This document shows positions 43,057-54,739 of a stretch of 64,000 nucleotides of DNA, one piece after another. The translations under genes were made by a program, and so were the position numbers. This stretch comes from Gemmatimonadales bacterium (GTDB taxonomy: Bacteria > Gemmatimonadota > Gemmatimonadetes > Gemmatimonadales > GWC2-71-9). The notes under the pieces were generated by a model, which saw nothing but the letters and a program-made list of their open reading frames with translations, was not told the origin of the DNA and did not search any database. The stretch is taken from positions 657,314-721,313 of the forward strand of contig JBBCJC010000003.1 in the NCBI GenBank assembly GCA_037189525.1, in the 5' to 3' direction. Numbering within the stretch: the first letter of the stretch is position 1; each line of letters opens with the position of its first letter.

Positions 43057-43120
43057 CGGTCGCCAAGCAGCGTCGATCCTGTCGGGGGTCGACGCTCGTT
43101 GTGACCCTGAAGGGGGGAGC

Positions 43121-43456
43121 ATGACGAAGGCCGATTTGGTGGAGCAGGTTACTGCGGCGATGGCTCGCACAGCGGGACCGCTCATTTCTAAGAAAGACTG
43201 CGCTCGGGTCGTCGATGCATTTCTCGACTCGATCAAGCTGGCGCTCAAGGAACAGCACAACATCGAAGTCCGCGGCTTCGGGACCTTCAAGATCCGTCGC
43301 CGGAAGACGCGCATGGCGCGCAATCCGCGCACCGGTGATCCGGTCGAGGTTGCTGCGCGGCCGGTGCCGGTGTTCAAGCCCAGCAAGGAGTTACGCGCGT
43401 TGGTCGCGGAGGACAGCGACGAGAGTCCGACGCTTCGCAGCGAGGATCTTGGCTGA
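43121..43456 (+). CDS. HU/IHF family DNA-binding protein with acidic C-terminal tail
   Basis: MTKADLVEQV..., VRGFGTFKIRRRKTRMARNPRTGDPVEV beta-arm motif. Confidence 0.85.
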   Translation: MTKADLVEQVTAAMARTAGPLISKKDCARVVDAFLDSIKLALKEQHNIEVRGFGTFKIRRRKTRMARNPRTGDPVEVAARPVPVFKPSKELRALVAEDSDESPTLRSEDLG

Positions 43457-43485
43457 GCCGGCGGCATCACTGTCTGGGGTGACAC

Positions 43486-43520
43486 GGGTCGGCGTGAGGG
43501 TACGCCGGCCCTTTTTCATT
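43486..43520 (+). terminator. rho-independent terminator after the HU/IHF-like gene
   Basis: Stem gggtcggcgt (43486-43495) / acgccggccc (43502-43511) with one G-T pair, loop gagggt, followed by tttttcatt. Confidence 0.7.
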
Positions 43521-43576
43521 CCCCCGGATCGTATTCATGCCTTGCCGTCAGACGCTGCGGCGGTCATTATCTGAAC

Positions 43577-43825
43577 ATGAACTCATCACTCACCGTACTC
43601 ATGTTTGCGCGGTACGCCGACCTCCTCGGGGCCGATCGGCTCGAGGTGCCGTCGTCCGTTGCCGCAACTATCGGTGATCTCGTCACTTACGTTCGGGGCC
43701 TTCCAGGAGGAGCTACCCTTCCATTTCGTCCGTTCGTGGCAGTCAATCTGGCGCAGGTCGAGATGGACTACATGCCCAAGCCGGGCGACGAGATCGCATT
43801 TCTCCCACCCATGGCAGGAGGGTAA
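43577..43825 (+). CDS. moaD: molybdopterin synthase sulfur-carrier subunit (ThiS/MoaD family)
   Basis: 82 aa ending ...EIAFLPPMAGG (C-terminal Gly-Gly). It lies immediately upstream of moaE. Confidence 0.8.
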   Translation: MNSSLTVLMFARYADLLGADRLEVPSSVAATIGDLVTYVRGLPGGATLPFRPFVAVNLAQVEMDYMPKPGDEIAFLPPMAGG

Positions 43826-43828
43826 CGC

Positions 43829-44281
43829 ATGGATGTGCTCACGCGTGAGCCGATTGATCTGTCCGCGCTCATCAAGGCCGTCGAGTCGCCCGAACGCGGT
43901 GCCGTTGCCACCTTCCTCGGAATAGTTCGCAATCATCACGGCGGTCGGACGGTGCAGGAACTGGAGTACACCGCCTACGAGCCGATGGCGACCGAGCGCT
44001 TGCGGGCCATCGTGTCGGAGGCCGAGGGACTCTGGTCCGTTCGTGTCGCCGCGAGCCACCGGCTTGGTGCGCTTTCGGTGGGGGATGTCGCGGTCGCCAT
44101 TGCCGTGGCCAGCGAACACCGCAACGATGCCTTCGTGGCGTGCCGATTCGTGATCGAAGAAATCAAATCCCGGCTTCCGGTCTGGAAGCGCGAGCGGTAC
44201 GACGACGGCGGCGAGGTCTGGGTCGATCCGACATCGTCGAGCGGGGCGTACCCTGTACTGAGTCAGTCTTCGAACGCATGA
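43829..44281 (+). CDS. moaE: molybdopterin synthase catalytic subunit
   Basis: GAVATFLGIVRNHHGGRTV, EYTAYEPMA, PVWKRE are MoaE-like. Confidence 0.85.
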   Translation: MDVLTREPIDLSALIKAVESPERGAVATFLGIVRNHHGGRTVQELEYTAYEPMATERLRAIVSEAEGLWSVRVAASHRLGALSVGDVAVAIAVASEHRNDAFVACRFVIEEIKSRLPVWKRERYDDGGEVWVDPTSSSGAYPVLSQSSNA

Positions 44282-45297
44282 CCCTGCTCGATGCGCTGGG
44301 GCGGCCGCTAGGCAGTCTCAGGTTGTCGGTGACCGACCGCTGCAACATGCGATGTGGTTACTGCATGCCGAACGACCACTATGTCTGGTTGCCTCGCGCA
44401 TCGATTTTGACCTTCGAAGAACTCGATCGGCTGGCGGGCGTGTTTGCCGGTTTGGGGGCGCGCAAGGTTCGTCTCACGGGCGGTGAGCCGCTACTCAGGC
44501 AGCATCTCGATCGTCTGATCACCTTGCTGTCGGCGCGGCGCGAGGTGCAGGATATCGCGCTCACCACCAACGGGATTCTGCTGGCTGAGCAGGCCGAGAC
44601 GCTCGCGGCGGCCGGCCTGGGACGGATCACCGTCAGCTTGGACACGCTGGAGCCTGCCCGCTTCAAATCGTTTACGCGGTCCGACCGCCATGACGCCGTT
44701 CTCCGGGGTATCTCCGCAGCTATCGACGCGGGATTTGCCGTCAAGCTCAACACCGTGGTGATGCGCGGCTACAACGACGACGAGATCGTACCGCTGCTGC
44801 GCTTTGCCCGGGAACGCAATCTGGAACTGCGCTTCATCGAGTACATGGATGTGGGCGGGGCGACTGCATGGCAGGAAAGCGCGGTCGTCTCCCGCGAGGA
44901 GATCCTGCAATCCGTCGGTGCGGCGTTCGGTCCGGTGGCGGCGGTGGACGGACGGGGCGAAGCGCCGGCCGAGCAGTTCCAGCTCGCGGACGGAAGCGTG
45001 TTCGGGATCATCGCGTCGACGACGGCGCCCTTCTGCGGCCAGTGCGATCGCAGCCGGATTACGGCGGACGGGACCTGGTTCCGTTGTCTCTACGCCGACG
45101 ATGGCCTCGACTTGCGGACGCCGCTGCGCGATGGGACGTCCGACGACGACCTCCGCGCTCTGATCGCCGCGACCTGGGGAGTCCGGATGGATCGCGGGGC
45201 CGAAATGCGGCTGGCCGACCCGCGCCGAGGTGCGCTCTACGCACTGGATGGTCTGCGCGCCGATCCGCGGCGCGAAATGCACACGCGCGGAGGTTAG
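44278..45297 (+). CDS. moaA: GTP 3',8-cyclase (radical SAM)
   Basis: ATGA overlap with moaE. LRLSVTDRCNMRCGYCMP (CxxxCxxC), LTGGEPLL and the C-terminal CGQCDRSRITADG cluster. Confidence 0.95.
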   Translation: MTLLDALGRPLGSLRLSVTDRCNMRCGYCMPNDHYVWLPRASILTFEELDRLAGVFAGLGARKVRLTGGEPLLRQHLDRLITLLSARREVQDIALTTNGILLAEQAETLAAAGLGRITVSLDTLEPARFKSFTRSDRHDAVLRGISAAIDAGFAVKLNTVVMRGYNDDEIVPLLRFARERNLELRFIEYMDVGGATAWQESAVVSREEILQSVGAAFGPVAAVDGRGEAPAEQFQLADGSVFGIIASTTAPFCGQCDRSRITADGTWFRCLYADDGLDLRTPLRDGTSDDDLRALIAATWGVRMDRGAEMRLADPRRGALYALDGLRADPRREMHTRGG

Positions 45298-45306
45298 GGA
45301 ACGTCC

Positions 45307-45810
45307 GTGGCATTGCATGTCGCGCTGATCGAGCCGGAGATCCCGCCCAACACGGGGAACATCGCGCGCCTGTGTGCGGCGACCGATGTTGCGCTCCATT
45401 TGATCGGTCCGCTGGGATTCTCGATCGATGATGCGCAGGTTCGCCGGGCGGGGCTCGACTACTGGCCCCATGTCGATCTCTGGACCCATGCGAACTGGTT
45501 TGCGTTTCGTGATGCGATCAGCCGGGAGCGCTGCCTCTACTTCTCGGCGCGGGCCGAACGCCCGTTCTGGGAGGCGCCATTCCGATCCAACAGCTGCCTC
45601 GTTTTCGGGAACGAGACGGGCGGGATGCCCGATCGGATCCTGGCCAAGCATCCGGAGCGCTGCTTTACGATCCCGATGTCGGGGAGCGGGGTTCGCAGCC
45701 TCAATCTGGCGACGGCGGTGGGTGTCGTGCTGTACGAAGGGATCCGCCAGCTGGGGCTGGAAGGGGACCTCCCGGCGGCGCCCGCACGACCTTCGCGGCG
45801 AGCGAAATGA
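45307..45810 (+). CDS. trmL: tRNA (cytidine(34)/5-carboxymethylaminomethyluridine(34)-2'-O)-methyltransferase, SpoU/TrmL type
   Basis: GTG 45307. ALHVALIEPEIPPNTGNIARLCAAT..HLIGPLGF, LVFGNETGGMP, RSLNLATAVGVVLYEGIRQLG closely follows E. coli TrmL as I recall it. Confidence 0.9.
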   Translation: MALHVALIEPEIPPNTGNIARLCAATDVALHLIGPLGFSIDDAQVRRAGLDYWPHVDLWTHANWFAFRDAISRERCLYFSARAERPFWEAPFRSNSCLVFGNETGGMPDRILAKHPERCFTIPMSGSGVRSLNLATAVGVVLYEGIRQLGLEGDLPAAPARPSRRAK

Positions 45811-45822
45811 CAGCACGGTCCC

Positions 45823-45851
45823 TTGGACCAACCTATTCGTATTACTATGTT
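45823..45851 (+). promoter_or_regulatory. candidate sigma70-type promoter for mdh-sdhCAB
   Basis: TTGGAC (45823-45828), 17-nt spacer, TATGTT (45846-45851). Confidence 0.3.
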
Positions 45852-45927
45852 TCCGATGTGTCGGACCGATCGGCCTGCCGAGGCCGATTGCTGATGTCGC
45901 CGACCGACCCCACAAAATTACAGGCCT

Positions 45928-46857
45928 ATGTTCAACAAGATCACTGTCGTCGGCGCTGGCAACGTAGGTGCCACCGCCGCTCAACGTTTGGCTGAAAAGA
46001 ACCTGGCCCGGACCATCGTCATGGTGGACGTGGTCGAAGGCGTTCCGCAGGGCAAGGCGCTCGATCAATGGCAGTCGGGCCCGATCGAGGGCTTCGATGC
46101 GCGGGTGTACGGCGCGAACGATTACGAGGCCGCGCGCGATTCTGAAATCTTCGTCGTGACGGCGGGCATTGCCCGCAAGCCGGGTATGAGCCGCGACGAT
46201 CTGATCAAGACCAACGCCGGCATCGTCCAGTCGGTCTCGGCCGAGATTGCCCGGGTGGCGCCTAACTCGATCATCATCGTAGTGTCCAATCCGCTCGACG
46301 TGATGTGCTACGTGGCCATGAAGGCCAGCGGCTTCCCGCGCGAGCGGGTGCTCGGCATGGCGGGCGTGCTGGACACGGCGCGGTACCGGATGTTCCTGGC
46401 CGAGGCGGCCAACGTGTCGGTCGAGGACATTCAGGCCATGGTTCTGGGCGGCCACGGCGACACCATGGTGCCATTGATCTCCTACACCACGGTGTCGGGC
46501 ATTCCGATCACCCAGCTGCTCGACGCCGACACGCTCGGCAAGATCGTCGACCGGACCCGGAACGGCGGCGCCGAGATCGTCAAGCACCTGAAGACGGGCT
46601 CGGCCTATTACGCACCGAGCGCGGCGGCGGTCCAGATGGTCGAAGCCATTGTGCTCGACAAGAAGCGGATCCTGCCGAGTGCGGCCTGGTTGCAGGGCGA
46701 GTTCGGGCTCACCGACGTGTACTGCGGCGTGCCGTGTAAGCTGGGGAGGGGTGGTTTGGAGCAGATCATCGATGTGACGCTGACCGAGCAGGAACGAAAG
46801 GACCTGCACGCTTCGGCCGAGCAGGTGCGATCGCTCCAGGCCCTCGTCGGACTTTGA
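45928..46857 (+). CDS. mdh: malate dehydrogenase (LDH-like family)
   Basis: [39 protein letters not shown]. Confidence 0.95.
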   Translation: MFNKITVVGAGNVGATAAQRLAEKNLARTIVMVDVVEGVPQGKALDQWQSGPIEGFDARVYGANDYEAARDSEIFVVTAGIARKPGMSRDDLIKTNAGIVQSVSAEIARVAPNSIIIVVSNPLDVMCYVAMKASGFPRERVLGMAGVLDTARYRMFLAEAANVSVEDIQAMVLGGHGDTMVPLISYTTVSGIPITQLLDADTLGKIVDRTRNGGAEIVKHLKTGSAYYAPSAAAVQMVEAIVLDKKRILPSAAWLQGEFGLTDVYCGVPCKLGRGGLEQIIDVTLTEQERKDLHASAEQVRSLQALVGL

Positions 46858-47546
46858 TGGCGGCGGGCGCGCACGCTGCGCCGGCGGGGAACTGGCTGAT
46901 CCGGTTCTACGCCTCGACCATCGGTCGCAAGATCGTGATGGCGCTCACCGGGGTCATCCTGGTGGGCTTCATCACGCTGCATATGGCCGGCAACCTGCTC
47001 ATGTTCCGCGGACAGCAGGCCATGAACGACTACGCGCATTTCCTCCAGAGCAACCTGCCGTTGCTCTGGACCACGCGTATCGTGCTCCTGATCGCCACCA
47101 TCTTTCACGTCCATTCCGCCTTCACGCTGACCCGGCTGTCCCGGATGGCTCGGCCGGCGCGGTATGCGGGCCTCAAATCGCAGGCGGCCACCTGGTCGGC
47201 GCGGACGATGCGGGCAGGCGGCGTTCTGCTGCTCGTCTTCATCGTCTTTCACATCCTGCACTTCACCACCGGGACGGTGCTCGCTGCGCAGTTCGTGCGC
47301 GGTGAGGCGTATCAGAACGTGGTGCGCAGCTTTTCGATTGTCTGGGTCGCGGTGTTTTACGTCGTCGCGATGGTAGCGCTGGCTTTTCACCTCCATCACG
47401 GGATCTGGAGCCTGTTCCAGACCGTGGGAGCCAACCATCCCAATCTCAATCCCGTCCGGCGGAAGCTGGCCTGGTTCCTTTCGATTGCGGTACCCGTCGG
47501 CTTTGCGGCGGTACCGCTGGCGATCGTCTTCGGGATGGTTCGGTAA
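46857..47546 (+). CDS. sdhC: succinate dehydrogenase cytochrome b subunit (single-subunit b558 type)
   Basis: ATG 46857 overlaps the mdh stop (TGATG); the track lists TTG 46854. There are about five TM helices with conserved His ([40 protein letters not shown]). Confidence 0.85.
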   Translation: MAAGAHAAPAGNWLIRFYASTIGRKIVMALTGVILVGFITLHMAGNLLMFRGQQAMNDYAHFLQSNLPLLWTTRIVLLIATIFHVHSAFTLTRLSRMARPARYAGLKSQAATWSARTMRAGGVLLLVFIVFHILHFTTGTVLAAQFVRGEAYQNVVRSFSIVWVAVFYVVAMVALAFHLHHGIWSLFQTVGANHPNLNPVRRKLAWFLSIAVPVGFAAVPLAIVFGMVR

Positions 47547-47551
47547 TTGAC

Positions 47552-49465
<1,914 letters not shown>

Positions 49466-49468
49466 CCG

Positions 49469-50242
49469 ATGCGAATTACTCTGAAAGTCTGGCGGCAGGA
49501 AGGCCCCGAGAGCGCGGGCCGGTTCGAGACCTATCTCGCCAACGACGTCAGTCCCGATATGTCGTTCCTCGAGATGATGGACGTCGTCAACGAAGATCTG
49601 ATCGAGGGGGGACGCGACCCGATCGCGTTCGATCACGATTGCCGCGAAGGCATCTGCGGCATGTGCAGCATGGTGATCGACGGCGTGCCGCATGGCCCGC
49701 ACAAAGCGACTACGACCTGCCAGCTCCACATGCGCTCGTTCTCCGACGGCGACACCGTGACGGTCGAGCCGTTTCGGGCCCGCGGGTTTCCCATCGTGCG
49801 CGATCTGGCCGTCGATCGCTCAGCGCTCGATCGGATCATTCAGGCGGGCGGGTACGTCAGCGTCGCGACCGGGAATGCGCCGGATGCGAACGTCATCCCC
49901 ATCTCCAAAGAGTTGGCCGACCGGGCCATGGACGTGGCCCAGTGCATTGGCTGCGGCGCGTGCGTCGCGGCTTGTCCCAACGCCAGCGCCATGCTGTTCG
50001 TTGGCGCCAAGGTCAGCCATCTGGGCCTCTTGCCCCAAGGCCAGCCCGAGCGGTACCGGCGGACACTGGCCATGGTGACGCAGATGGATATCGAAGACTT
50101 CGGCGGCTGCAGTAACTTCGGTGAATGCGAGGCTGCCTGCCCGAAGGAGATCGGGATATGGGCGATTGCCCGGATGAACGCCGACTTCGTCAAAGCGGCG
50201 GCATCGGCGCGCAACGAGATCTCGGGCAGCGACGGCGTTTAG
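49469..50242 (+). CDS. sdhB: succinate dehydrogenase iron-sulfur subunit
   Basis: [15 protein letters not shown] (2Fe-2S), [12 protein letters not shown] (4Fe-4S), [12 protein letters not shown] (3Fe-4S). Confidence 0.95.
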   Translation: MRITLKVWRQEGPESAGRFETYLANDVSPDMSFLEMMDVVNEDLIEGGRDPIAFDHDCREGICGMCSMVIDGVPHGPHKATTTCQLHMRSFSDGDTVTVEPFRARGFPIVRDLAVDRSALDRIIQAGGYVSVATGNAPDANVIPISKELADRAMDVAQCIGCGACVAACPNASAMLFVGAKVSHLGLLPQGQPERYRRTLAMVTQMDIEDFGGCSNFGECEAACPKEIGIWAIARMNADFVKAAASARNEISGSDGV

Positions 50243-50244
50243 TC

Positions 50245-51438
50245 GTGCCTCCGGTCCGGCTGCCGGCGATCATCGGGCTCCTGATGATCGCCGGGGCCGC
50301 TCTGGGCTGTTCCCGCTCACCGACCGACCCTGATCCGGACCCGGATCCCGATCCGGATCTCTCCCGCGAGCCAGAGCTCGTCGCCACCGTTCCGATCCCG
50401 CCAGAATACGGCATTCACGATACCTACGTTCGCGACGGACTGGCGTTCGTGTCCGCGTGGAATACCGGACTCATCATCTTCGACGTGGGCGACGGCCGGC
50501 GGGGCGGATCGCCCTCTCGTCCGGTCGAGGTGAGCCGGATCGTGCCGAGCGGTAACGGCGTTCCCGGCGGGCCGGCGGTCCACAACGCCTGGTGGTTCCA
50601 CAATCCGGTCTCGGGGGAGAAGCGCTACGTCTTCGTCGGGCAGGAAGGGCCGGGAACGCTCTTCTCCTCCGCGTCGGGCGATCTCTACGTTATCGATGTC
50701 TCCGATCTGTCCCAGCCCAGGGAGGTCGCCTCGCTGCGCATTCCCGGCGCTGGCGTCCACAATTTTTGGATGGATGAGGCCCGCCAGGTCCTCTATGCGG
50801 CGTGGTACAACGCCGGCGTGGTCGCCATCGACGTGTCGGGAACGCTGTCCGGTGATCTCAGCAACCGGATCATCGCCCGGACCACGGCGGGCGGGGCGAT
50901 CGGTAGCTACGTATGGGGCGTGATGCTCGCCAACGGGTCGCTCTGGGTCAACGACATGGTCGACGGGTTCGGACGGCTCGATCCGGTCTCGCTGGCGCTG
51001 CAGGGCGGCGGGCGCAACGTGAGCAACCGCTGGGGCTCGGACCTCTGGATTCACGGGGAGTACGCCTACACCGGTACCTGGGGAGGCACCGCGCGCAACG
51101 GGACCGGCTTTGGCGATGTCGTCAACATCTGGCGTATTACGGGAAGTGGCGCGCCGGTGCTGGCGGACTCGCTGCGCATTGCCGACGTGCGGACCGTCAG
51201 CGACCTCGAGGTGAGCGACGACGGACGGACCCTGGTCGTCACGACCGAGCGGCTTTCCGGGGCCGGGTTTCAGGTCTACGACCTGGCGAATCCTGCGAAG
51301 CCCGTCCTGCAGGCCAGCGTGCCCGTGGTGTCGGGGTTGCACACCGGTTCGCTGGCTCGCATCGGGGGCCAGCTCTATCTCTTTGCCGCAAGAAACCCGC
51401 CCGATCCCGCGTTGCTGGTCTACCGGTTGACCCGCTGA
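50245..51438 (+). CDS. beta-propeller-like lipoprotein (LVIVD-repeat-like) with (Asp-Pro)n linker
   Basis: GTG 50245 lies 2 nt after the sdhB stop. Lipobox IAGAALG|C, then SPTDPDPDPDPDPDL. Repeated strands include GLIIFDV, DLYVIDVSDLSQP, GVVAIDVSG, GFQVYDLANPAKP. The family assignment is tentative. Confidence 0.6.
   Translation: MPPVRLPAIIGLLMIAGAALGCSRSPTDPDPDPDPDPDLSREPELVATVPIPPEYGIHDTYVRDGLAFVSAWNTGLIIFDVGDGRRGGSPSRPVEVSRIVPSGNGVPGGPAVHNAWWFHNPVSGEKRYVFVGQEGPGTLFSSASGDLYVIDVSDLSQPREVASLRIPGAGVHNFWMDEARQVLYAAWYNAGVVAIDVSGTLSGDLSNRIIARTTAGGAIGSYVWGVMLANGSLWVNDMVDGFGRLDPVSLALQGGGRNVSNRWGSDLWIHGEYAYTGTWGGTARNGTGFGDVVNIWRITGSGAPVLADSLRIADVRTVSDLEVSDDGRTLVVTTERLSGAGFQVYDLANPAKPVLQASVPVVSGLHTGSLARIGGQLYLFAARNPPDPALLVYRLTR
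50326..50358 (+). repeat. GAY-CCN hexanucleotide repeat encoding (DP)5D
   Basis: gac cct gat ccg gac ccg gat ccc gat ccg gat, read directly from the sequence. Confidence 0.9.
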
Positions 51439-51444
51439 GGCCGG

Positions 51445-52197
51445 TTAGCCCAGGTAGTGAGGCAGCATCTTCCGCCACCAGGGCCAGTCGTGGTCGACAT
51501 CGTGGCCCCAGAGGTCCAGCGTGTGGGGGATTTCCTTCTGGCGCAGCAGCGCGGAAAACCGGCGTGAACAGTCGGGCGCTTCGTAGGCGCCCTGGCCGGT
51601 GACCAGCACGATCCGGCAGTCGGTCCGCAGCCGATGCAGGTCGTCGCCGCCCAAGTCTCGCAGAAACCACGACGGATTGTTGAAGTAGCAGTTCTCATCC
51701 GAGTAGCCGCGCAAGTAGTCGGGTGCTAAATCGTAGAACCCGCTCATCGCGATCAGCCCGCCGAACAACTGGGGCCGGCGGAACACGGCATTGGCGGCGT
51801 GGAAGGCGCCGAAGCTCGCGCCGGATGCAATGGGCCGGACCGACGCATCGCCGACCGCCGTACGGATCCAGGGCACGACTTCATCTTCGACATAGCGCGA
51901 ATAGAGCGCCTGCCGGCGGGCCTGTTCTCTCACCGGCAGGGAACGATCCATCCAGGCATACCGGTTGATGCTCTCGATCGAGATCACCCGGATGCGTCCC
52001 GCCATGATGGCCGGTTCGACCGACTTGATGAGGAAGAACCGTTCGCACTCTAGGTAGTCGGCGGCGGCGGTCGGAAACAGCAGCACCGGATGGCCGCTAT
52101 GGCCATACGATACGAGCGGCATCTCGAGGCCAAGGGCCGGACTGTGCCACGAGACCAGGGCTCGCGGCATGGCGGGGTCGATATACTGATAGTTCAT
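51445..52197 (-). CDS. esterase family alpha/beta hydrolase
   Basis: GxSxG-type nucleophile elbow IASGASFGAFHA, with HSGHPVLLFP upstream and a C-terminal His (DLWGHDVDHDW). Resembles the putative esterase / esterase D family. Confidence 0.7.
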   Translation of the reverse strand: MNYQYIDPAMPRALVSWHSPALGLEMPLVSYGHSGHPVLLFPTAAADYLECERFFLIKSVEPAIMAGRIRVISIESINRYAWMDRSLPVREQARRQALYSRYVEDEVVPWIRTAVGDASVRPIASGASFGAFHAANAVFRRPQLFGGLIAMSGFYDLAPDYLRGYSDENCYFNNPSWFLRDLGGDDLHRLRTDCRIVLVTGQGAYEAPDCSRRFSALLRQKEIPHTLDLWGHDVDHDWPWWRKMLPHYLG

Positions 52198-52210
52198 ACC
52201 CGGTGCTCGT

Positions 52211-52789
52211 TTAGAGTCGTGGCAGTGTGACGCCCTTCTGGCCCTGATACTTCCCGGCTTTGTCCCGATAACTGGTCTCGCACACGTCGTCCTCGTCCGC
52301 CTCGAAGAAGAGCACCTGGCAGATGCCCTCGTTGGCGTAGACCCGGGCGGGCAGGGGCGTCGTGTTGGAAATTTCGAGGGTGACGTGCCCTTCCCATTCC
52401 GGTTCGAACGGCGTCACGTTCGTGATGATGCCGCAGCGGGCATAGGTCGATTTGCCGACGCAGATCGTCAGCACGTTCCGGGGAATCCGGAAGTATTCGA
52501 TCGACCGGGCCAGGGCAAAGCTGTTGGGCGGGACGATGCAGACGTCACCCTCGAATTCGACCAGGCTCCGGGAATCGAATTCCTTGGGGTCGACGACGGC
52601 CGACAGCACGTTGGTGAAGATCTTGAACTCCGGGGCGACCCGCATGTCGTACCCGTAGGACGAGACACCGTAGGAGATGACCTTCCGGCCCTGGGCGTCG
52701 ACCTGGCGGACCTGGTTCTCGACGAAGGGCTCGATCATGTGGTACTCGGCAGCCATCCGGCGAATCCACCGGTCGGACTTGATGGACAT
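52211..52789 (-). CDS. dcd: dCTP deaminase
   Basis: [13 protein letters not shown]..., [48 protein letters not shown]. Confidence 0.95.
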   Translation of the reverse strand: MSIKSDRWIRRMAAEYHMIEPFVENQVRQVDAQGRKVISYGVSSYGYDMRVAPEFKIFTNVLSAVVDPKEFDSRSLVEFEGDVCIVPPNSFALARSIEYFRIPRNVLTICVGKSTYARCGIITNVTPFEPEWEGHVTLEISNTTPLPARVYANEGICQVLFFEADEDDVCETSYRDKAGKYQGQKGVTLPRL

Positions 52790-53034
52790 CCGTCAGTATT
52801 TCCATGTCAAAGGGGGGATTGGGCGTCCTGCGGGTTCGCACGTCGCAGCCGCCGAGGGAAGGAATATAGCCATGGGAATTGGCCGCGGGACCCGTCGGGA
52901 TTTCGCGCGATGGAGGAACCCGGCACGAGGGCTGCGGAATCGGATTGGGGCGGGGCCGTTCAAAGGCTAGGAATTGAGTCGGGATTGACGGTGTAAACCC
53001 GTTCTGTGTCACAAGTTAAAGCCCCGGCCTCGGG

Positions 53035-53063
53035 TTGAAGTCGCCCGGTCGTCCGGTTAGATT
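53035..53063 (+). promoter_or_regulatory. candidate sigma70-type promoter for the nuo operon
   Basis: TTGAAG (53035-53040), 17-nt spacer, TAGATT (53058-53063). Confidence 0.3.
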
Positions 53064-53073
53064 GCCAGGCTAT

Positions 53074-53093
53074 ATCGTGAATCTTTTCACGAT
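53074..53093 (+). promoter_or_regulatory. perfect palindrome atcgtgaa-tctt-ttcacgat just downstream of the candidate nuo promoter (operator or leader hairpin)
   Basis: 8-bp arms at 53074-53081 and 53086-53093 with a 4-nt spacer, about 50 nt upstream of the nuoA start. Confidence 0.35.
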
Positions 53094-53142
53094 GTTTCCG
53101 GCCGCGTGATTGCATCGAGAAGACCATCTAGCTCGGACGCCT

Positions 53143-53508
53143 ATGCTTCGGTCGTATTCTCCCCTCCTCATCCTGATCGCCTTCGTGGTGGCAAACGCGA
53201 TCTTGATGCTCGGGGTGTCGCACATCTTCTCGACGTATCGTCGAACTGCCGTCAAAGTGGCGCCGTACGAGTCGGGTATCCCGGCCTTGGGCGACACCCG
53301 TGAACGCTTCTCGGTCAAGTTCTATCTGGTCGCGATGCTGTTCATCATCTTCGATATCGAAGCCGTCTTTCTGATTCCCTGGGCCGTGGCGTTCAGCCAG
53401 TTCAAGGACATCACGGGGCTTCTGCTGATCGAGATTCTCGTCTTCCTCGGGATTCTCGGGATCGGCTACGTGTACGTGTGGAAGCGAGGTGCGTTGCAAT
53501 GGGATTGA
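53143..53508 (+). CDS. nuoA: NADH-quinone oxidoreductase subunit A
   Basis: ATG 53143; the track ORF starts at TTG 53110. [40 protein letters not shown]. Confidence 0.9.
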   Translation: MLRSYSPLLILIAFVVANAILMLGVSHIFSTYRRTAVKVAPYESGIPALGDTRERFSVKFYLVAMLFIIFDIEAVFLIPWAVAFSQFKDITGLLLIEILVFLGILGIGYVYVWKRGALQWD

Positions 53509-54116
53509 CACTACCGGCGGGGCATGACACGACGGAGTTGCCGGGCGAATCTCCCAACTACGTCGCGACCCGGCTCGATTTCCTGGTCAACTGGGCCCGG
53601 TCCAATTCCTTGTGGCCGATGCCGTTCGGCACGGCCTGCTGCGCCATCGAGTTCATGGCGACGGCGGCCGGGCGGTTCGATCTGGCCCGGTTCGGGATGG
53701 AGCGGCAGAGCTTCTCGCCGCGCCAGGCAGACGTGCTGATCTGCGCCGGGCGGTTGCCGTTCAAGCTGGCGCCGATCATCCGGCGGGTCTGGGATCAGAT
53801 GCCGCAGCCCAAGTGGTCGATTTCGATGGGCGCCTGCGCATCGAGCGGCGGGATCTTCGACACCTATTCGATGGTGCAGGGCATCGACACGATCATTCCG
53901 GTCGACGTCTACGTGCCGGGCTGCCCGCCCCGTCCCGAAGGGTTGCTCTACGGGATCATGCTGCTCCAGAAGAAGATCATGGGCGAGGCGATGAAGGACC
54001 CGTCGCTGCGGCAGGAGTTCCTGGTCAACGACAAGGGCTTCTACATCCCGCCGGCCAAGATCGATGAGGTCTCGGAGCCGTTCGGCAACTCGGTCCATCA
54101 GACCCGCTCCGCATGA
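53499..54116 (+). CDS. nuoB: NADH-quinone oxidoreductase subunit B
   Basis: ATG 53499 overlaps the nuoA end. [34 protein letters not shown]. Confidence 0.95.
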   Translation: MGLTLPAGHDTTELPGESPNYVATRLDFLVNWARSNSLWPMPFGTACCAIEFMATAAGRFDLARFGMERQSFSPRQADVLICAGRLPFKLAPIIRRVWDQMPQPKWSISMGACASSGGIFDTYSMVQGIDTIIPVDVYVPGCPPRPEGLLYGIMLLQKKIMGEAMKDPSLRQEFLVNDKGFYIPPAKIDEVSEPFGNSVHQTRSA

Positions 54117-54739
54117 CGCTCGCTCAGTCACTCGCGTCCACGGTCGACGCGCTGCGTGCCGAGTTCGGCTCGGCGATTCTGTACGACACCACGAGCTGCG
54201 GCGATACGATCGTGGGGGTCGAGGCGTCGCGTTCGCACGATGTGCTGGCCTGGCTCAAGCAGACGCCAGGGCAGGACTTCGACTATCTGACCGACATCAC
54301 GGCGGTCGACTATCGCGATCCCGAGTTTCCGCTCGAGGTCGTCTACCAGCTGCGCTCGCTGGCGCGCAAGGTCGACCTGCGGGTCAAGGTGCCGCTCGAC
54401 AAGGACGGCGTGCTGGCGGTGCGCTCGGTCTGGGATCTCTGGAAAGGGTGCAACTGGCTGGAGCGTGAGGTGTACGACATGTTCGGCATCCGCTTCGACG
54501 GTCATCCCGACCTGCGCCGGATCCTGATGTGGGACACCTACGCCGAAGGGCACCCGCTGCGTAAGGACTTTCCGCTGCGCGGCAACTTTACCCGGGCCGA
54601 GCAGACCCGCCAGGCGCTGGCGGCCAACCCGGAAGCGCACTACTCGCTCGAAGAGCTCTCGATCGTCGACGCCTTCGACGAGTTGCCGGACGACATGAAA
54701 CGGCGGCTTGCGGCCGGGAAGCGGGGAGAAGTCAGATGA
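54113..54739 (+). CDS. nuoC: NADH-quinone oxidoreductase subunit C
   Basis: ATGA overlap. [25 protein letters not shown]. Confidence 0.9.
   Translation: MTLAQSLASTVDALRAEFGSAILYDTTSCGDTIVGVEASRSHDVLAWLKQTPGQDFDYLTDITAVDYRDPEFPLEVVYQLRSLARKVDLRVKVPLDKDGVLAVRSVWDLWKGCNWLEREVYDMFGIRFDGHPDLRRILMWDTYAEGHPLRKDFPLRGNFTRAEQTRQALAANPEAHYSLEELSIVDAFDELPDDMKRRLAAGKRGEVR

Noticed and set aside
43517-43576. A possible Moco riboswitch upstream of moaD-moaE-moaA.
   Set aside because: Only about 60 nt lie between the preceding terminator and the moaD ATG, far shorter than the roughly 130-140 nt Moco motif. I see none of its conserved segments.
44491-46809. A 772-aa minus-strand ORF spanning moaA, trmL, an intergenic gap and mdh. 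Similar long antisense ORFs occur at 47750-49729, 32268-33866, 40483-42069, 34094-35584, 29977-31140 and 20696-21781.
   Set aside because: moaA, trmL and mdh all start at positions of the same phase (44278, 45307 and 45928 are all 1 mod 3), and the antisense ORF is codon-aligned with them. Antisense stops can therefore arise only from rare sense TTA/CTA/TCA codons. The products are Arg/His/Gly/Asp-rich with no motifs, while the sense strands encode unmistakable conserved proteins. These are classic high-GC shadow ORFs.
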